Position numbers and translations under genes: made by a program. A stretch of 64,000 bases of DNA, taken from contig CAXIUT010000042.1 of assembly GCA_964035545.1 (NCBI GenBank), forward strand, positions 1 through 64,000, in the 5' to 3' direction. The notes under the pieces are model-generated. The model was not told the DNA's origin. It made no database searches and saw nothing but the letters and a program-made list of their open reading frames with translations. This document shows, piece after piece, positions 1 to 14,482 of this stretch. This stretch comes from Bugula neritina (lineage: Eukaryota; Animalia; Bryozoa). The first letter of the stretch is position 1. Each line of letters begins with the position of its first letter.

Positions 1-69
1 CCCAACCCCAACCCCAACCCCAACCCCAACCCCAACCCCAACCCCAACCCCAACCCCAACCCCAACCCC
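1..69 (+). repeat. Terminal telomere, CCCAA(CCCCAA)10CCCC
   Basis: Perfect C4A2 tract at the window start, correct polarity for a left chromosome end. Confidence 0.97.
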
Positions 70-117
70 TGTAGAATTGATTATATTAGGCTGTCATTAT
101 GATAATAAATAATAAGA

Positions 118-777
118 ATGAATAAAGAGGAAAATAATTTAACTCCAAGGATAGATGGAAAAGAGTAGGACTTTAATGATTTTTATCGCTTACACTACCC
201 ACAAAAACAGCGTAAGTCATCACCAATTGGTCATTTTAGAGCTAAAAGTGTGCTATCTATTACTGAAAAATAAAATCCTGAGGATATGCCTAAACCTCAT
301 CCCAAGAGAAAACATTCACAGCTTTAAAAGATAGTGCATCCAGAAAATCACTATAAATCTATAAAATAGCAAAAGGCAGAACCTTTTTCTTTTAAAAATG
401 CTTTATCAGCATCTAGGGAAAGCAGTGGTATGAATACCTATATGAGTATTTATTCTTCAAAAGAATTAGGCAATTTAGAAGAAATATCAAAACGTAATAT
501 TGTCGTTAGAAACGCTTTACAAAAATGCAAAGATGAAAAATTAAAGGTAGCTAAGGTACTGGGATCACAGAGACAGACGTAGAATACGAAAATGGATTAT
601 CTTCAATTGAAAAGGCAATAAATTGAATAGGAAAAGAGTGGACAGATGAAACATATTTATTAAGAGTTTTTCAGAAAAGAATATGAGAGTATATATGGAT
701 CTAATGGTTATAGTGAATTTACTATTAAAATGGAAAGTATGGTAAATATCATGCATAGCCAACTCTTTAAATCATGA
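118..777 (+). CDS. Hypothetical protein
   Basis: ATG 48 bp from the telomere; open to TGA-TTG at 775-777 with TAR=Glu. Confidence 0.6.
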
Positions 778-805
778 TTGTTAATCAGATAATAATTATT
801 GACTG

Positions 806-1573
806 ATGAAAGAATTAGAAAGTAAATAAGCCTATATTATAAACTACAGGTCTCCAAATAATTCAGTTTGTCAAGAGACATACGACTCTCTTCCTAAAAT
901 ATATGGTTCTAATAAAACAAGGGTTCTTCACAGAAAAAATTAATTTTACTCTCAATTGGAATAGAGAGGACATTTCAGGAAAAAAAGTATGAAAGAAAAA
1001 ACCACTCAAATAAGGTTATTAACTAGTCGATAGAAAAAATAAGAAGAAACCTCACAAAGTAGAAGTCGAGATAGCAAAGTAAATTAAAGAAATAAATTAA
1101 AGAAAAGTACAGAAGTAGTCAAAAATATAAGATCTTAAATATCAGATAAAAATTCAGAGGAAGATTGGAAACATAAAGTAAAATTCAATACAGTTAATTT
1201 TTTACCCTCACTTCGATACTAAAAGAATAAGAATAAAACAAAAAAACATTCGTCATAACTCGTTTAATCAATGAAAACAAATAAAATTGGAAATCCTTTG
1301 ATTCATCTATATAAAAACATGAGTCCTACTGCGCATAGAAATATTTTTACTTCAGAAATAGTTGAAGAATAAAACGAAGAAGATAGTCCTCAGCAAACTA
1401 TCAACACTCGATATGTTCCTAAAGTTATTGCCAAAAACCTTAAAAATAGATAAGAAATGAGTCTTCAGTCTAATAGAAAAGTCAAAAAAACAATTTTTAA
1501 GACTGAGCCATCATAGTCTAAATCAGGAACAAAAGAAGTTGGTTATTATAGTTAGTTTAGTAAAAAGTTTTGA
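806..1573 (+). CDS. Hypothetical low-complexity protein (may be a continuation of 118-777)
   Basis: Single open frame from ATG 806 to TGA 1571-1573 with TAR=Glu. Confidence 0.55.
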
Positions 1574-1584
1574 ATTTTATCATA

Positions 1585-3080
1585 TCATTGTTATTGAATT
1601 TATAAGTTAACTAAGTGAGAGGTATCTTGGACAACAGTGTAGTTGTCATAAACTCTAAAGTGAGGATAATCTCTAGGAGGAGATTGAGGCCATCCAGATC
1701 CATAGGGATTTCCTTAGTATATTCTTTTAAGACTATCTGCAATCATAGCTTCTGCTAATTTTTTATTAGTTAGTTTATGATTTCCTTGAGGCAAAATATC
1801 TATTTTTTATGAATGAGATTAAATTTTAAAATCCAAAGTATCCATTTTTGGCATTCCACGAACTGTTACTTCAAGATGAACTACAAAATTAGTAATCAAA
1901 TCATTTCTTATCAGCAAATGACACTAAAATTTAATTCCACTGGCATTAAAAGTAAATTCATTATTTTTAAATACTTTTAGATCTTCAGTTGCTCCAGTGC
2001 ATGATCCTCTAATTATTTCACTAGCATAATAGTTATTTTGAACTTCTGAGAAGATTTCATAGAGATCACCAGCTCTGAACTGGAACATACGATTTGTCCA
2101 ACTTTCTTATTTAAGATCTGAATCTAAAATTTAATTTTATAATGCATATCTTAGCGTATTGTGATAAAAGTTGAAAGATGTGTACTATTGAATTCCTCCA
2201 TAATTTCTATATAGATAAAGAAATACTTCGGATCCATTGGTACATCAGGAACTTTAATTGTTCCACAATTCCATTTAGTATCATGGTCAATTTGATTATC
2301 AAAAGTAGATATAAATCCATAAGATTATCTATCTACAGAAGTAGGTCTTCTTCTAAAAAGAATAGTCACATTTCTCCTATCAGGAAGTTGAGATTTCCAA
2401 GTGTAGTTAAATGTTTAGTTGATTGGAAAATGTTAATCATGAAGACTTATATTAAGATAAGATTGATAATTCTTTTAAATAGATTTTTATATTTCAGATC
2501 TTACATCTTTATCGTCTTCAATAGTATTAATCATTTTTAGAAGAACTTATTTATCTACATCAGTTGTACTTGGAGGATCGATTCTTGTTAATTTGAATGC
2601 ATTTTATTATGGCAATACAAAAGGCATGGCATCAAGTAGTTTATATGAATAACTATACTTATCAATAATAAGTTATTTAGCAAATTGAAGAGAATGGCTA
2701 ATTCCACTTGCTGAACCTGTTCCCTAGATTGTTGTTACTGATTTTTTAGTCCAATTAAAAGTAAAATCAACTTCTAAATAGCCTCCATCAATGACAATGA
2801 CATTTTATCCTCTAAAAGTAGATTTTTGTTTTGAATCTAGATATTTTAATAAAGGTTTAATATTATTAATTTTGTAATTAGTTCCTGTCTAAGTTTGATA
2901 ATTAACTTATTGAACTGGTTATAGATTTTGTTGTATTTTGATAAAAGTTCTGTTCAGCTAATCTTGCTTTCCAAGATTGAAGTTACTAACGTATCTCATC
3001 TAACTTGCAATACACTACAAGGATAGTGATATTTGTATAAAGAAGAATGATAATACTAGGATGATTAATAATCTCTTCAT
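1585..3080 (-). CDS. Secreted protein, possibly BPI/LBP (TULIP)-like
   Basis: Signal peptide MKRLLIILVLSFFFIQISLS, long beta-rich frame of about 490 aa. Fold assignment is inference only. Confidence 0.6.
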
Positions 3081-3192
3081 TAGATATTGATATTATTATA
3101 TATTTTCAAACAAAATTAAGAAAGGTATGATATTTTATGATAAATAAAAAATATTGAATAGCTCAGTATAATCATTAGTAACTCAATCAAGA

Positions 3193-3837
3193 TCATTTGT
3201 TTTGTATTGATTTTCTCATAAGACTAAACTTTTTATTTTAGGCAACAAGAGTCTCATTGTCAGGTTTTTTAAAAGGAAGAATTTCCTAAAATTGATGTTC
3301 AGTATGAATTCCATCACTGAAACAATTTTCACACAAATCATAATCATCACATTCTTTGCAATGATAACATTTGCCTTTAATTGGGTCTTGTGTTATACAT
3401 TAGTTGCAGAAGTAAGGTTGTCCGATGGTTTAATATTAAGGTTATTTTTGTCTTGAACGTCGAATTTATGACTCTATAACTACTGTTTTAGATGATGAAG
3501 TAGGCATAATATCTCTAGATTTTTTATATGGATCTTCTGAACCAGACATATGGACCATTAATTATCCAAAATCACTTTGATTCACAGAACTATTATTATT
3601 TTACGATGTCATGACATTTGTAAGTCTTTTTTAAATAAAATCTTAAGCGAATTGAACCATTGGATGTGATCCTAGAATCCATCCGTTGCCAGAACATTCA
3701 ATACAATTAAGTTTATCTTTGGGGTGATCGTAGCAACTGAAACAAGGGAAACGATCAAGAGCTGTAATTTTTCTTAGAGTGTCCAGTCTAACTTGTTAGT
3801 TACTTGAATTGACAGGCTGGCTTTTTCGTCCTTGCAT
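3193..3837 (-). CDS. ZZ-type zinc finger protein
   Basis: CNEC...YHCKECDDYDLCENCF...H.EH motif, plus N-terminal CxxC...CxxCxGxG. Confidence 0.85.
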
Positions 3838-3916
3838 TTATTATTAGAAATAGCAAAACTATTTTCATTTAATAGTTTATGAAATATAATGTTGGAATTT
3901 AGATGTTTAATCAAGA

Positions 3917-5684
3917 TCAATCACTTTGAGCTTCTTCTAGGAATTCTCTCAGATCTGGAGGACATTCAAGTGTAGAGTCATTTTCTTTATCAAAAAGGTA
4001 GGTCATATAAATGGCTTCAATGGCATCAGAATAAACTGAAATAAAGAAACAACTGATAGTGAAGGCTACAATACCAACAACTATTAGAATTAAAGTTGAA
4101 TCTTCAACACTTTATTTGTAATGTTGAACATTTTTTATCAAAATGTAGATAAATAGAACTGTGAGGAAAGTAATTCCTAGTCTTACAAGTAAGGTAAAGA
4201 TCTTTATTAGAAAAGAAGTACTGTTTGGACGATAGAAACAACTACGCTAGTTCCGATATTGGAGAATCTCAATTTGAAAGCTTCCATTCCAGATGTACAG
4301 AAATTGGTTCCTCGAATATTGATAATAGTGAAAGCTCCTGAAGTGAACCATTCAAATAACTTCTGGCAACAGCAGCAGACGCAATCACAACATCGTCTAA
4401 TACAAGATTCTGCTTCATTTTATCCTTTGGGAACCAAGATTTCATAGATAATTCTGATGATGCCTAAAAGAGCTAAAAGAAATCCTCCTTTAATAACACT
4501 TCCAATATGTTTTTTTCTGTATCTTTCGGATGCTTCACTGTAAGGTTAATCGTGATTGAAGTACCAACTAGTAGCAGCTCCTCCGATAATAAAGCTACTT
4601 GTTTCAATGAGAAACATCAAAGTCCAAATCAAGTAAAGAATATGGAATCCAAAAAGAACTTTCATTTAAGTTGTAACTTCGAAGTGTTGGAAAGGATACT
4701 GATGTTTAGCATCAATTGGTTTTCCCATCGAGTAGAATCCTAGAGCCTGAAGGACCCATAAAACCAAAAATGCAATTGTGACGACGAAAAGGAAAATGGG
4801 TAGTAAGACGATAAGGCAGTTTTCTGAGACGAATTTAGCTGCCACTTTGATGATGATGGCTCCAAGAGCAATTCTATGCCTGAAGCAGCACACAAGCAAT
4901 ATGATTAAGAATGCTATTATGAAACATATAATTGCACCTATGATACTGCCAGTAGATCCAGTATTTGATCCAGTGACTGGATTGGTTGGGGCAACAAGAA
5001 GATATACACCCAATGCTACTAGAGTGAATATGGATAAGAAAATAAGAAGGTAGATAAAGCATCCTCCACAGAATCTTATTATTACCATAAAAATGATAGC
5101 TAATAAGATTGCGATTGGCAAACTGATCAAAATCAAAGAATAGTTTTTGATAAGTGAAGACATGCCAGCAGCAGAAGTACCAAGGGCTCCACTTATTTGA
5201 TCCTTAATGGTGTCAGATGTTGGTAAACAAAGAGTGTTAGCAGCTAAATATCAAAACAGTTACTTTCACTAGAATCATATATTTCGACAGCTTTGGTGTT
5301 ATCAGAATCTGCCTTAGCTGCACAGCTAGTTACAACACTATTTGTTTTACATGCAAGAGTAGTATCTCCATTCTTCGGACATTTTGAAACACAGACTGTT
5401 ACCCATAAGGACTATGTAAGAAAGAAGTACATCTGAGTGGGGAGAGGCAAAGTAAATGTAGGGATAATCTTTGTGATCGATTCCACATCCTTTTCCATCA
5501 GGGTCATAGCCAGTGGTAACTTTGGAGAAATTACCTGAAGACCATGCATAGATGCCTATCACTAGGATGGCAAAGACAAGGCCAAAGAAGATAAAGATGC
5601 AACTACAATCAGTGCACTATCGATCATCGACTGAGTCATATTAAATTTACTTGGAACGATTTGGTCTTTATGGTGTTTACTCAT
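3917..5684 (-). CDS. Choline transporter-like protein (CTL/SLC44)
   Basis: RECTD, YDPDGKGCG, CVSKCP, HIGS, GTNFCTSG motifs; about 10 TM segments; four 19-20 nt introns. Confidence 0.93.
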
Positions 5685-5983
5685 ATTATTTGAATCAATA
5701 AAATCAATAAATCTGAATTTTTATCAAACTTATCATACTATTTTAAATTTTTTTCTTATTTATTCGATTTTTTAATAAATGGTTATTGGTCTTAGCTTTT
5801 GAAAAAATCAAATAAAACCAAAACCTTCTTTAAACCATAGAGTTGGAATAAGAAAATAAATGGGATTTCTCTGAGGTGTTAATATCTATTGTATTAATTC
5901 AGACAGTATTTATTCAGTTTGATTTCATTAGTAAATATTGAAAATATAAGTATGAAAAAAGAATGAGAGGAATCACAGTTGAA

Positions 5984-7127
<1,144 letters not shown>

Positions 7128-8792
7128 CTAAAAACTATTTTTTATTATTAACCAAAAATTATTAATTCTAATTTTGATGACCTTTTTATAATATTTGACA
7201 TTCTATTGATAAATAATTTGAGTTACATATACTTAATGAATATTTTATATTTTAAGATTTAATATATGATATTCTTGAGTATAAATTTAATAGTTTATAT
7301 ATTTATGATAAATAATAATAATTTAAAGACTAACTTATGTTTTTTTGATTTCGATTGTTTTCAACCTTTCAATATTGGCAAAAATTTGAAAATTGAACAC
7401 TTTTTAATTTAATTTAAGTAAATAGATTTTAAATTTCATCTTAATAACCATAATAGAGGATTTTTAAAATATGCAAAACTGTTTAAATAACAGAAACTTG
7501 CATAAATGGAATCAATAAAAAGACTTTTCTTTTTACAACTGTTTTAAAAGACTTTTTATTTTCAAAAAATAATGATTAAATTGATAAAAATAGAACTAAA
7601 AATACCATTTTGAATAAATATAAATATAGAATAAACTTTTATATAAAAAATTCTTCCTGAAAGCTGATTTTTATTGAAAAATACTACTTTTATAAACAAG
7701 AAGGTTCTGTCCTAATATCGAGAATTGAAACCTTTAAATTAAAAAATATTCATAAATAATAGACAAAAGATCAATTTAATAGGTCAGTTCATTGATTTTC
7801 TAAGTTTAACTCTTTTCTAAAATTTTTAAGTTGAACTTATTTATCAATATTTTTTTTTTATGAGGAAGATTTTTGATGTTAAAGCAAAGTACATTACGCC
7901 CTGAATAAAGAATATAAGTCAACTAGAAGTCCTAGTATTTATTGATAAGTGTCTCTCAAGATTATATATCCAAACAAGGATGATAGAAGCATTGTTAGCT
8001 CCTCCTTTATTATCATAAAGAAAGACTATGAAGCAATATTAAGATTAACATCAAATAGTATGAATTTAAATTTATATCTTTAGTCTGATAACAACTTTTT
8101 TTAGTTGTTTTAAACTCAATTGATATTCGTTCAAAATTTTTAAATTTTAATTTTTTTGCAATTTGCTTTTTTTTATATTTTCTTGACTATTGATGATCTA
8201 AATCGATCATATCTAAGAGATGTGGGTAAATTATATATGTTTTGACTTTATATTAGTGATATTAGTGATGATTTTTTTATATAAGTTTTGAATAAAAGCA
8301 TTTTCTAAGACTTTTTTGAAAGATAGGTTTTATTCTTTTATTGTTTTTAATATCTTTTTTCGTTATTCTTTTGTTTTTAATTCTATTTTTTTAAATTGAC
8401 TTCCACAGAGAAAATTAGCTTCTCCTCTAATGTGAACATTCTAATTGAACTTTACTGGCTATTTTACTTCATGAAGATAAAGAAGATTATTGTTACAATT
8501 ATTTTTTCCATTCTCTACTTGCAAATTATTTTTCTAACAGTCCATCTTTACAACTATTTTTTATCCAGTACTGTATGAATGACTTTTCCAATAGTTCTTT
8601 TAAATGATAGAGAATCTATATTTTGATTTATAGAAAGACGAATGATTTTTTTTTGTTGCGATAAAGAAGAAACACAAGTTTGTTGGAGATTTGAAACACT
8701 TGTTTTATTTTTAGCTGTTATAACAATCATAATTGAATCAGTTAAAATTGATAATTCAAATCAAAAGACCACTTAAAGGTAAAAACTAAAAA

Positions 8793-9024
8793 ATGACGAG
8801 TATAATTGTTTCTTTTAGAGCTCCTATCTGCATCTTAGATAGGAAAATTTAATAATCTCTCTCGAGAAGATGAGATGATTTCAAATCTCAATTTGAAAGT
8901 CTTAGAAAAGAAAGGCTAATAGAAATAAGATACTAAGAGGATAAAGTATTTGTAAAGACTTCAACTGGTCTAAATATTCAAATTGGAAAGTTTTAGTCTT
9001 AAGTCATTGATTTCCATTAATTGA
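8793..9024 (+). CDS. Possible small hypothetical protein
   Basis: ATG, putative 19-nt intron 8800-8818, TGA 9022-9024. Frame ambiguous. Confidence 0.3.
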
Positions 9025-9034
9025 TAATAATAAA

Positions 9035-9703
9035 ATGGATCCTTATTATCACTACTATTTATTCAAGTGACCTCTCCTATCAATTTTATCAAATTTCTTA
9101 CACCAATCAAATTGTACAATCAGGATCTACGTCATTATCCTTTCAAAATCAATTACCACAGGATAGAGATTAAAATCATCCAAATACCTTAAATAACAGC
9201 AGCAGAGACTCTCTTCCTCCAACATCCGGGTCCAAAAAGAAAGACAAGAAGAAAGGAAGTATTTCTAAGGTAAAATATGACTTATTTAGAAAAATGAGGA
9301 TTAGGAATTTGGATGGAGAAGTCAAAACAAAGACAGGAATATTCTATCCAATATCTTAAAAGCATTTGTGAATTACATTTCTTAAGGTCAAGGAATGAAA
9401 ATTTTCATTGAATAAGTCACAAGAAGAGTCGATTTAGAAAATAGCGTTTCAGACTTTTATACTTTCTTTGATAAGCATTTTCCTATAAATAAGTCGTATT
9501 TTAGTGCTAAAGATCTAAAAAAGTTACTCAGGGATCCCAGAAAGCCAGAATCCATGATCTTGATCTTGAAGTTAGTGTTAAGAAGGTTTTATTTGACTGA
9601 CTTTCCCCTAATTTTATTGAAATCAACTAAGATAAAGAAACGAAGCAAACTCTAGCAATTAAAACAAGGAAGATAACTACTTTTTAGGCTCTTCTCGAAA
9701 TGA
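9035..9703 (+). CDS. Ciliate-type hypothetical protein (needs a +1 frame change near 9060-9070)
   Basis: 20-nt intron 9270-9289; C-terminal domain RNILSNILKAF...LKLVLRRFYLTDF...KI. ATG is out of frame with the body by 1 nt. Confidence 0.6.
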
Positions 9704-9732
9704 TAAATTATAGATTATCATCTAAATATATT

Positions 9733-9909
9733 TCAGTTAAAGTCAATTTATCTTAAATCATCGATATCAATCAAGTTATCTGACTACTCAGACAAGGCCG
9801 CAATGTTTGACGTCTATTGACTTTTATAATTAGAAGTAGGAAAAACATTTATTTTAGTGTGAATATTAAAAAGAGTCAATACAGATCTTTCAAATAGTTT
9901 ATTTTACAT
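9733..9909 (-). CDS. Small hypothetical protein (58 aa)
   Basis: TAAGA-ATG context, open to TGA, acidic C-terminus LIDIDDLREIDFN. Confidence 0.4.
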
Positions 9910-9957
9910 TCTTAATCAAATCAAGTTGATAAAAATTCATCATTTATAAAATCATCA

Positions 9958-10026
9958 GGGGTTGGGGTTGGGGTTGGGGTTGGGGTTGGGGTTGGGGTTG
10001 GGGTTGGGGTTGGGGTTGGGGTTGGG
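9958..10026 (+). repeat. Internal telomeric tract GGGG(TTGGGG)10TTGGG, 69 bp
   Basis: Perfect G4T2 repeats; exact reverse complement of 1-69. Confidence 0.97.
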
Positions 10027-10092
10027 ATTAGTTAGAATTGTCATTTTAAATATATATGATAAGATTCATTATAAAGATAGTCGTTATAAAAG

Positions 10093-11048
10093 ATGAATTT
10101 CTCAAATCATCAACCATACGAACTCGAAAGTAGTAACAGCTCTGAAAATGATCTTGATAAGTTGATTAACATTTGTAACTCATACGGACTGAATGAGGAG
10201 TAAACTACCCAACTCATATCATAATTTAAAAGAGGAGCTCTCTTAAAGTAAGGCTCATCTTTACAAGATAGCCTTAATTAAACTATTAGTTAGATGACCT
10301 TCAGTTAAAAAAACGAAGCGGAAGAGTATAGCTTCAAATACCAGAAGGGATCTTCATCATAAATGCCCCCTTAATTTCACAAAAAACAGTGGATTTAGAT
10401 GCAAAAAAGTGGTCATCAGCTTACTAAAGAGCCAGAAAGGGGATCATTTGAAAATTTATAAAAAGTACTTCAAGAACAACTGGGAGTATAAAAAGAGTTT
10501 GTAGCAAATTTGAAAGAAGAAAATAGACAATTAAAAACTACAATTGATGAAAAGTAAGACAAGATTCAGGCATTGCTTTAGATGAAACAACAGGATACTC
10601 AGATCATCTTAGGACTTAAAGATATTATCTCGAATTTGACAATGGCTTTACAACAAAAAGAGAATAACTTTCTTGAAATCAACGATAAATATGTACTCTC
10701 TCATAAATATAGAATAATCTCATCGAAAGTAAAGTCAAGGAGTTGAGTGAAAATAAAGGATCAACTGATATTGAAGATCTAGCACCTCAAGATATCAGTA
10801 ATGTTTTCGGACAGCAATCTAGAAATAATATTAATAAAAAAGGAAAATAAGAATAAGAGGGAAGTTAAAGTAGAATTTATAGAGAAAATAAAACACCTAA
10901 AACAACAACTAGAATAGAAAATAAAGTGAATAAGGATAAAGTATCGTATGAGGGAAATGAAATTGGTCTTAAGAAAGGAAGGCCTAATAGCCGGATTGAT
11001 ATCAAGAAATATAAAGAAATGATTGAAAATATGAGAAATAATTATTGA
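10093..11048 (+). CDS. Coiled-coil hypothetical protein
   Basis: Open with TAR=Glu after removing three 20-21 nt introns; heptad-rich middle. Confidence 0.7.
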
Positions 11049-11074
11049 TTATGAAAAAATATTGACATAAACAA

Positions 11075-13581
11075 TCATTTCTTTTATTTCCTTAATGATG
11101 ATAGAACACTATTAAAAAGATTAACAGAATTTTTATCATCAGAGTAAGGAACTTTTTTTCGAATTAAAAATTCATTCATCTTACGTTCTGATTTCGTATC
11201 ATCTTTGGGAAGTCCCTTTAGATAATTATTCTTAAAAATAGGCTCTATTTATTTTTATCTTTCTTCCTTTTCTTTGAACTAAAAATTTTTATTTAAAACT
11301 AACTTTATTGATCCTTTTTATGGCGATTTTACAATTTTTTATGTTTCATAAATGATTTTTCCCATTGATTGATGCCGTTTCTTGAGTTGTCCACTTGCAA
11401 TAATATCAATTGGCTAAAATAATTTAGGTTGAATTTATTTTTTCTAAGATTTTTATGCTGGAAACTTGAGAGTTATTTTTTGTTTATCAAGTTTATCTGT
11501 TTTTATAGGCGTTTCATAAAGTTATCTTCTTTTTACTGGAGAGTTAGATTTTGCATTATTGAAGAAGTCTCCTAATTTTAATTTATTTGCATCTTTTGAT
11601 TGAGATTTTCTGCGAATAAGGACATTACTTCTACTAAGACTCATTGTCCCAGGTCTAATATAGCGCATCATAAGGTATTTTTTTATTACTTTATCCTCAA
11701 GAATAATGAGAGATTCTTATTCCTTTTCTGATAACTGTGAATTTTAACTATTAACTCTATCATCAAAATCAGTGTAAAATAATTATTAAGATGCATCTCT
11801 ATCTTCATTTGATTGACCACTTTCAAAAGAACTGTCTTGCTGGTGTGGAAAGTATGATTTTTATTTCATAGCTGCCTCTATATTCATATTCTTCATTTTA
11901 TCTTTGAAATAAATTTGAAGTGCTTCACAAAACTTTTATCCTAGTTCCTAGAAGTGTCGTACAGAAAAGTGGATATTATCATGTTCTGGACCACAGAAAG
12001 AACTTTCGAGGGCATATATATCACAATGTTTAAACTATTTACTTAAGACTGTTCTACAAGTACCTTCTTCTTCTTCCATATCCAGAAAACTACAGTCTTT
12101 GAAAGAAAAAGATTTAAAGAGTTTACTCATTAATAAAGGAAATTATTTTCCTTCCCTAGGATGATGAACATCATGACAACCATAAATAAAAGCATTTTTC
12201 TTCATTGAATGACCATGTAAATCGCAGAAAAGTACTACACTCCCTATTTCTTGAAGGTTAAGAATAAGCTTTTTTAGATAAAACATCTATGGATGATATA
12301 TTTTAGAAGGATTATCCCATTTTCGATTGAGATCATAACCAGAAATATTCGATCTATAGTTACCGTGAATCACACCATCTGGGTTTAACATAGGTATTAT
12401 TTTAAATATAAAATGTTGTCTTAGCTTTTTTGCCTTTTAGTCATTTGAGATCAGAAATTAAATGATTCCATTACAGACATAAGAACTGACTGATTCTCCT
12501 GGATGAACTCGAGCTGTAATAAGGACATAAGCCTTTTCTATTTCTTGATCTAAATAACTTTAGTTGTACATGGATGACTTTAAGTAATGGTCATGATATC
12601 TACATGATTGCCAGCTGGAGTTTTACAAAGAGGTGAACGTTGACAGATATTACGAGTATGAGTATCACTTTCTATCTTAAAGAGTAAATTTTCAAGATTA
12701 CTATAACTATAGGGATAACTATAAGCAAAGTAAACTTCGTCGTCATCATAACTAAATGTAAAATCCCAGCTTAAAGTGTTGAAGGGTTTATACTCAGTAC
12801 TACTTTTACTATAACCATTTTAGTAGTACTGAATGTCTTATCCTCCTCGATGCCAACTTACATTCTTTTCTTAGCTTTCTCTCTTTGAATAAAGAATGAT
12901 TTTCATGCCCATTTTGTAAAGATTATTGATTTTATATTGATTCAGTATTTTGAATTTGACTGTCTAATTTTTAAATGTATTTGAAACTTTGAAAAAGAAC
13001 CATTGAGAATATCCATTTGTATTTATATCATTTTGCAGTAATAAGTTGTACTCAGAATCACTCACCTTAGATGCTAGTGAGAGGTTTCCACATTAAAATC
13101 GTGATTAAAAAACCAAAGTTTTATCATTTTTATTCCTAGGAGTGTAGTATGGTTTGATGGAGCTGTCAGTACTATTTTAGTCTGCAGACTTTCTTCCATT
13201 GATTTTATTGAGATCACAAGCCCAAATATTCCAATTCTCATCTATATTATCTATTTTTTTGTAACTTTCCTCATCATATTTACGATAAACAACATTATTA
13301 AATGCCTCTCCTATCCAACTGAAGGTATAGTATTTTTAAACATTAAGAGTATTAATGGGTTTATCTAAGGGTTGAAAGTTCGGTATTATTCCAACAAAGT
13401 TCGGAAGAGGTATCATCGGCGTCAGAGATTTTGGTTTATGATTCACTGGCTTCGGTAATAACATGAGAGGAGGAGGAATTAGATGTTTAGAAACCAACAC
13501 GTCAAAAGAATCTTCCAAAGAACCAAGTTAGTTTTATTCAGGTTAAGGAGATGAACTTCTGGGATAAGGTTAAGGCTCCAT
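11075..13581 (-). CDS. Cytosolic carboxypeptidase (M14D, CCP/AGBL tubulin deglutamylase)
   Basis: [56 protein letters not shown] motifs. Confidence 0.95.
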
Positions 13582-13753
13582 TAGGAAATATATTTTTAAT
13601 AACTTAACTTATTCTAGATTTTTCAATACAAACTAAAAAGAAAATAATATTTCTTTATTCTCTATATTTTCAACTTTAATTCTTAGTAATATCCAAAATT
13701 CTTAATTTATGATATAAAGCAGAACATAATTTAAATATACAAGACTTTGTTAA

Positions 13754-14456
13754 ATGTCGGTTCTATCAGTAAATTCCGTATAATTTAGGGAACACACTAT
13801 TCAAAAGTTAATCAGGCAATCATTCTTCTAAAATCTCAACTTGATCAACAATCTAAAGAATAAAATAACAAATACTAACTGATAAACATCAAACTTAAAT
13901 TTATAGAGCAACAATCACAAGAATCTAAAATCAGTTTTAATCAATACTGTAATTTTTTATTAAAGAAGAAAGGTAAACTAATAATAAATTGACTCTTTTT
14001 GAAACTTAAACTAAAACTGCTCTCAAAGATGTATTCAATTTATATCCTAAAAATCAAGGATTAAATGATCTTATGGCAGAGCTTCATGAATTAGAAAGAT
14101 GTAGAAATAATCTTGTTAAATCAGATTCCAATAGGAAGAATCTTATGATGGAACAATTAGAAAAATAAATCTAGGAGTTGGGTCATAAAATTGAATAAAA
14201 AGTATTTTAAGATCAAAATGCAATAAAATAAGTTGAAAAAGCATTCAAAAAAGATATTTAATATACTAAGAATAACATGAAAATGAAATAATAACTTCAA
14301 AAAAATTATCTAGAAAATGAATAGATAGAAGAATTAGGTCAAGAGTTGATGAGATAAATAGGTAATCTTCGAAGTAAAAGACTTGAAAGAAGATAGAACT
14401 TTTTAAATCTTCTCGAGACAATTTTAGTAAAATGCAAACAAAGTAGTTAAATTTGA
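13754..14456 (+). CDS. Coiled-coil protein, possibly SF-assemblin-like
   Basis: All-helical, about 220 aa, C-terminal FLNLLETIL; tiny introns. Family call tentative. Confidence 0.55.
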
Positions 14457-14482
14457 TTACTTATACTATCACTGAGTAACTT

